A DNA stretch of 64,000 bases from Escherichia coli (GTDB taxonomy: Bacteria; Pseudomonadota; Gammaproteobacteria; Enterobacterales; Enterobacteriaceae), in the NCBI RefSeq assembly GCF_044647545.1, contig NZ_CP172818.1. The stretch is one strand, 5' to 3'. Position numbers and translations under genes: made by a program. Numbering within the stretch: the first letter of the stretch is position 1; each line of letters opens with the position of its first letter. Under the pieces are notes generated by a model, which made no database searches, was not told where the DNA came from, and worked only from the letters and a program-made list of their open reading frames with translations. This document shows, piece by piece, positions 63,130-64,000 of the stretch.

Positions 63130-64000
63130 TTAAAATGTGTACTTAAGACCAGCAGTAGTGATGAAGTTATAGTTTTCTATGCCTGCACCATTTTTGCTGT
63201 AGTCTGAAGTGTTATCATTGTGATCATAAAGTGAAGTATTACCTTTTTTATTCGTAACCCGATTCCATGCGCCTTCAACATAAACTTTTGCGTTAGGTGT
63301 TACGTAATAACCTGCATTGACTGCAACAGAATAGTAATTTTGGTCTTTGACTTTACTGCGATAAGTGATTCTTTTTCCTGGGTCATAGTGCTCATCGTTA
63401 TCAGATGCTTCCACCCAGCCGCTGTATTTAAATGTGCCACCTAGCTCAAAATCTTCATAACGATAACTTCCAGTCAAGCCAATGTAGGGCATTTTAAAAC
63501 GTTGTTTGTAGCCGATTGCTCTTTCTCCATTCGGGAAGGAGCCGATATCATCTCTGAATCCCTCCTCAGAACTGTAGATATAGGAACCACCTCTGGCTGT
63601 AAAGCTATAACGGCTTTCCTGATATCCGGCCATGAGTCCCAGGCGGTAATTGGGTTCGTTGAGGAGCCAGCCTTTGATATTCAGATCAAATTCGTTGGCA
63701 TAATTGAGTTGTGTATCAGGGTGCCTACTTTCATCTGTCCAGGTTCCGGGGTTACTGGAATCCATCCAGTCCTGATCGACCATATTGCCACCTCGGCTGC
63801 CGAGAGTAGTCCAGCCCGCAGCCCCAATAGATATCTGGGGCATCAAATCCCAATTAATTGCACCTTTAATAATTGCAGCGTTATTGAATTTCCAGTCGAG
63901 TTGACTGACTTTTCGGCCTCCTTCTTCGGCTAGATAAACACGCTCTTTTGTTTTTCCGCTCAGAGTTCCAAGACTAATGTCCGCATTTATGTTGTCAGGA
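63130..64000 (-). CDS. ompT: Outer membrane protease OmpT (omptin), 3-prime portion; 5-prime end beyond window
   Basis: C-terminus ...YNFITTAGLKYTF and omptin beta-barrel sequence; frame open to window end. Confidence 0.9.
   Translation of the reverse strand, partial: PDNINADISLGTLSGKTKERVYLAEEGGRKVSQLDWKFNNAAIIKGAINWDLMPQISIGAAGWTTLGSRGGNMVDQDWMDSSNPGTWTDESRHPDTQLNYANEFDLNIKGWLLNEPNYRLGLMAGYQESRYSFTARGGSYIYSSEEGFRDDIGSFPNGERAIGYKQRFKMPYIGLTGSYRYEDFELGGTFKYSGWVEASDNDEHYDPGKRITYRSKVKDQNYYSVAVNAGYYVTPNAKVYVEGAWNRVTNKKGNTSLYDHNDNTSDYSKNGAGIENYNFITTAGLKYTF

Overview
The window reads as an Escherichia coli K-12-like chromosomal segment running from the 3-prime end of cueR to ompT, and I do not see an undescribed multi-gene system in it. 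Gene identities below come from reading the supplied ORF translations against remembered E. coli and phage lambda proteins; no database search was run. Content in order: ybbJ-qmcA, fetAB, cnoX(ybbN), ybbO, tesA, ybbA-ybbP, mnmH, the allantoin/glyoxylate cluster (allS, allA, allR, gcl-hyi-glxR-ybbW-allB-ybbY-glxK, allE-allC-allD, fdrA-ylbE-ylbF-ybcF), purEK, lpxH, ppiB, cysS, ybcI, ybcJ, folD, the sfmACDHF fimbrial operon with fimZ, tRNA-Arg argU, and the left ~20 kb of the DLP12 cryptic lambdoid prophage (intD through appY and ompT). DLP12 here carries IS3 in renD and IS5 in nmpC. No Rhs element lies between ybbP and mnmH, where K-12 has rhsD. No CRISPR array or rRNA was seen. Every intergenic gap over 300 bp is accounted for by promoter regions, terminators, REP/BIME repeats or phage remnants. 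What does deserve a second look: (1) a ~300 bp purine-rich, homopolymer-laden tract at the ybbP 3-prime end that leaves the ybbP frame open for about 150 extra codons; (2) single-base frameshifts in ybcL (two), in the nmpC N-terminal fragment, and apparently in the Rz/Rz1 lysis genes; (3) no bor homolog between Rz and ybcV; (4) an AT-rich recombinase-bearing module (emrE-ybcK-ybcL-ybcM) nested in the prophage. The frameshifts and the odd tract could be genuine decay or homopolymer sequencing error; only read-level data can decide.
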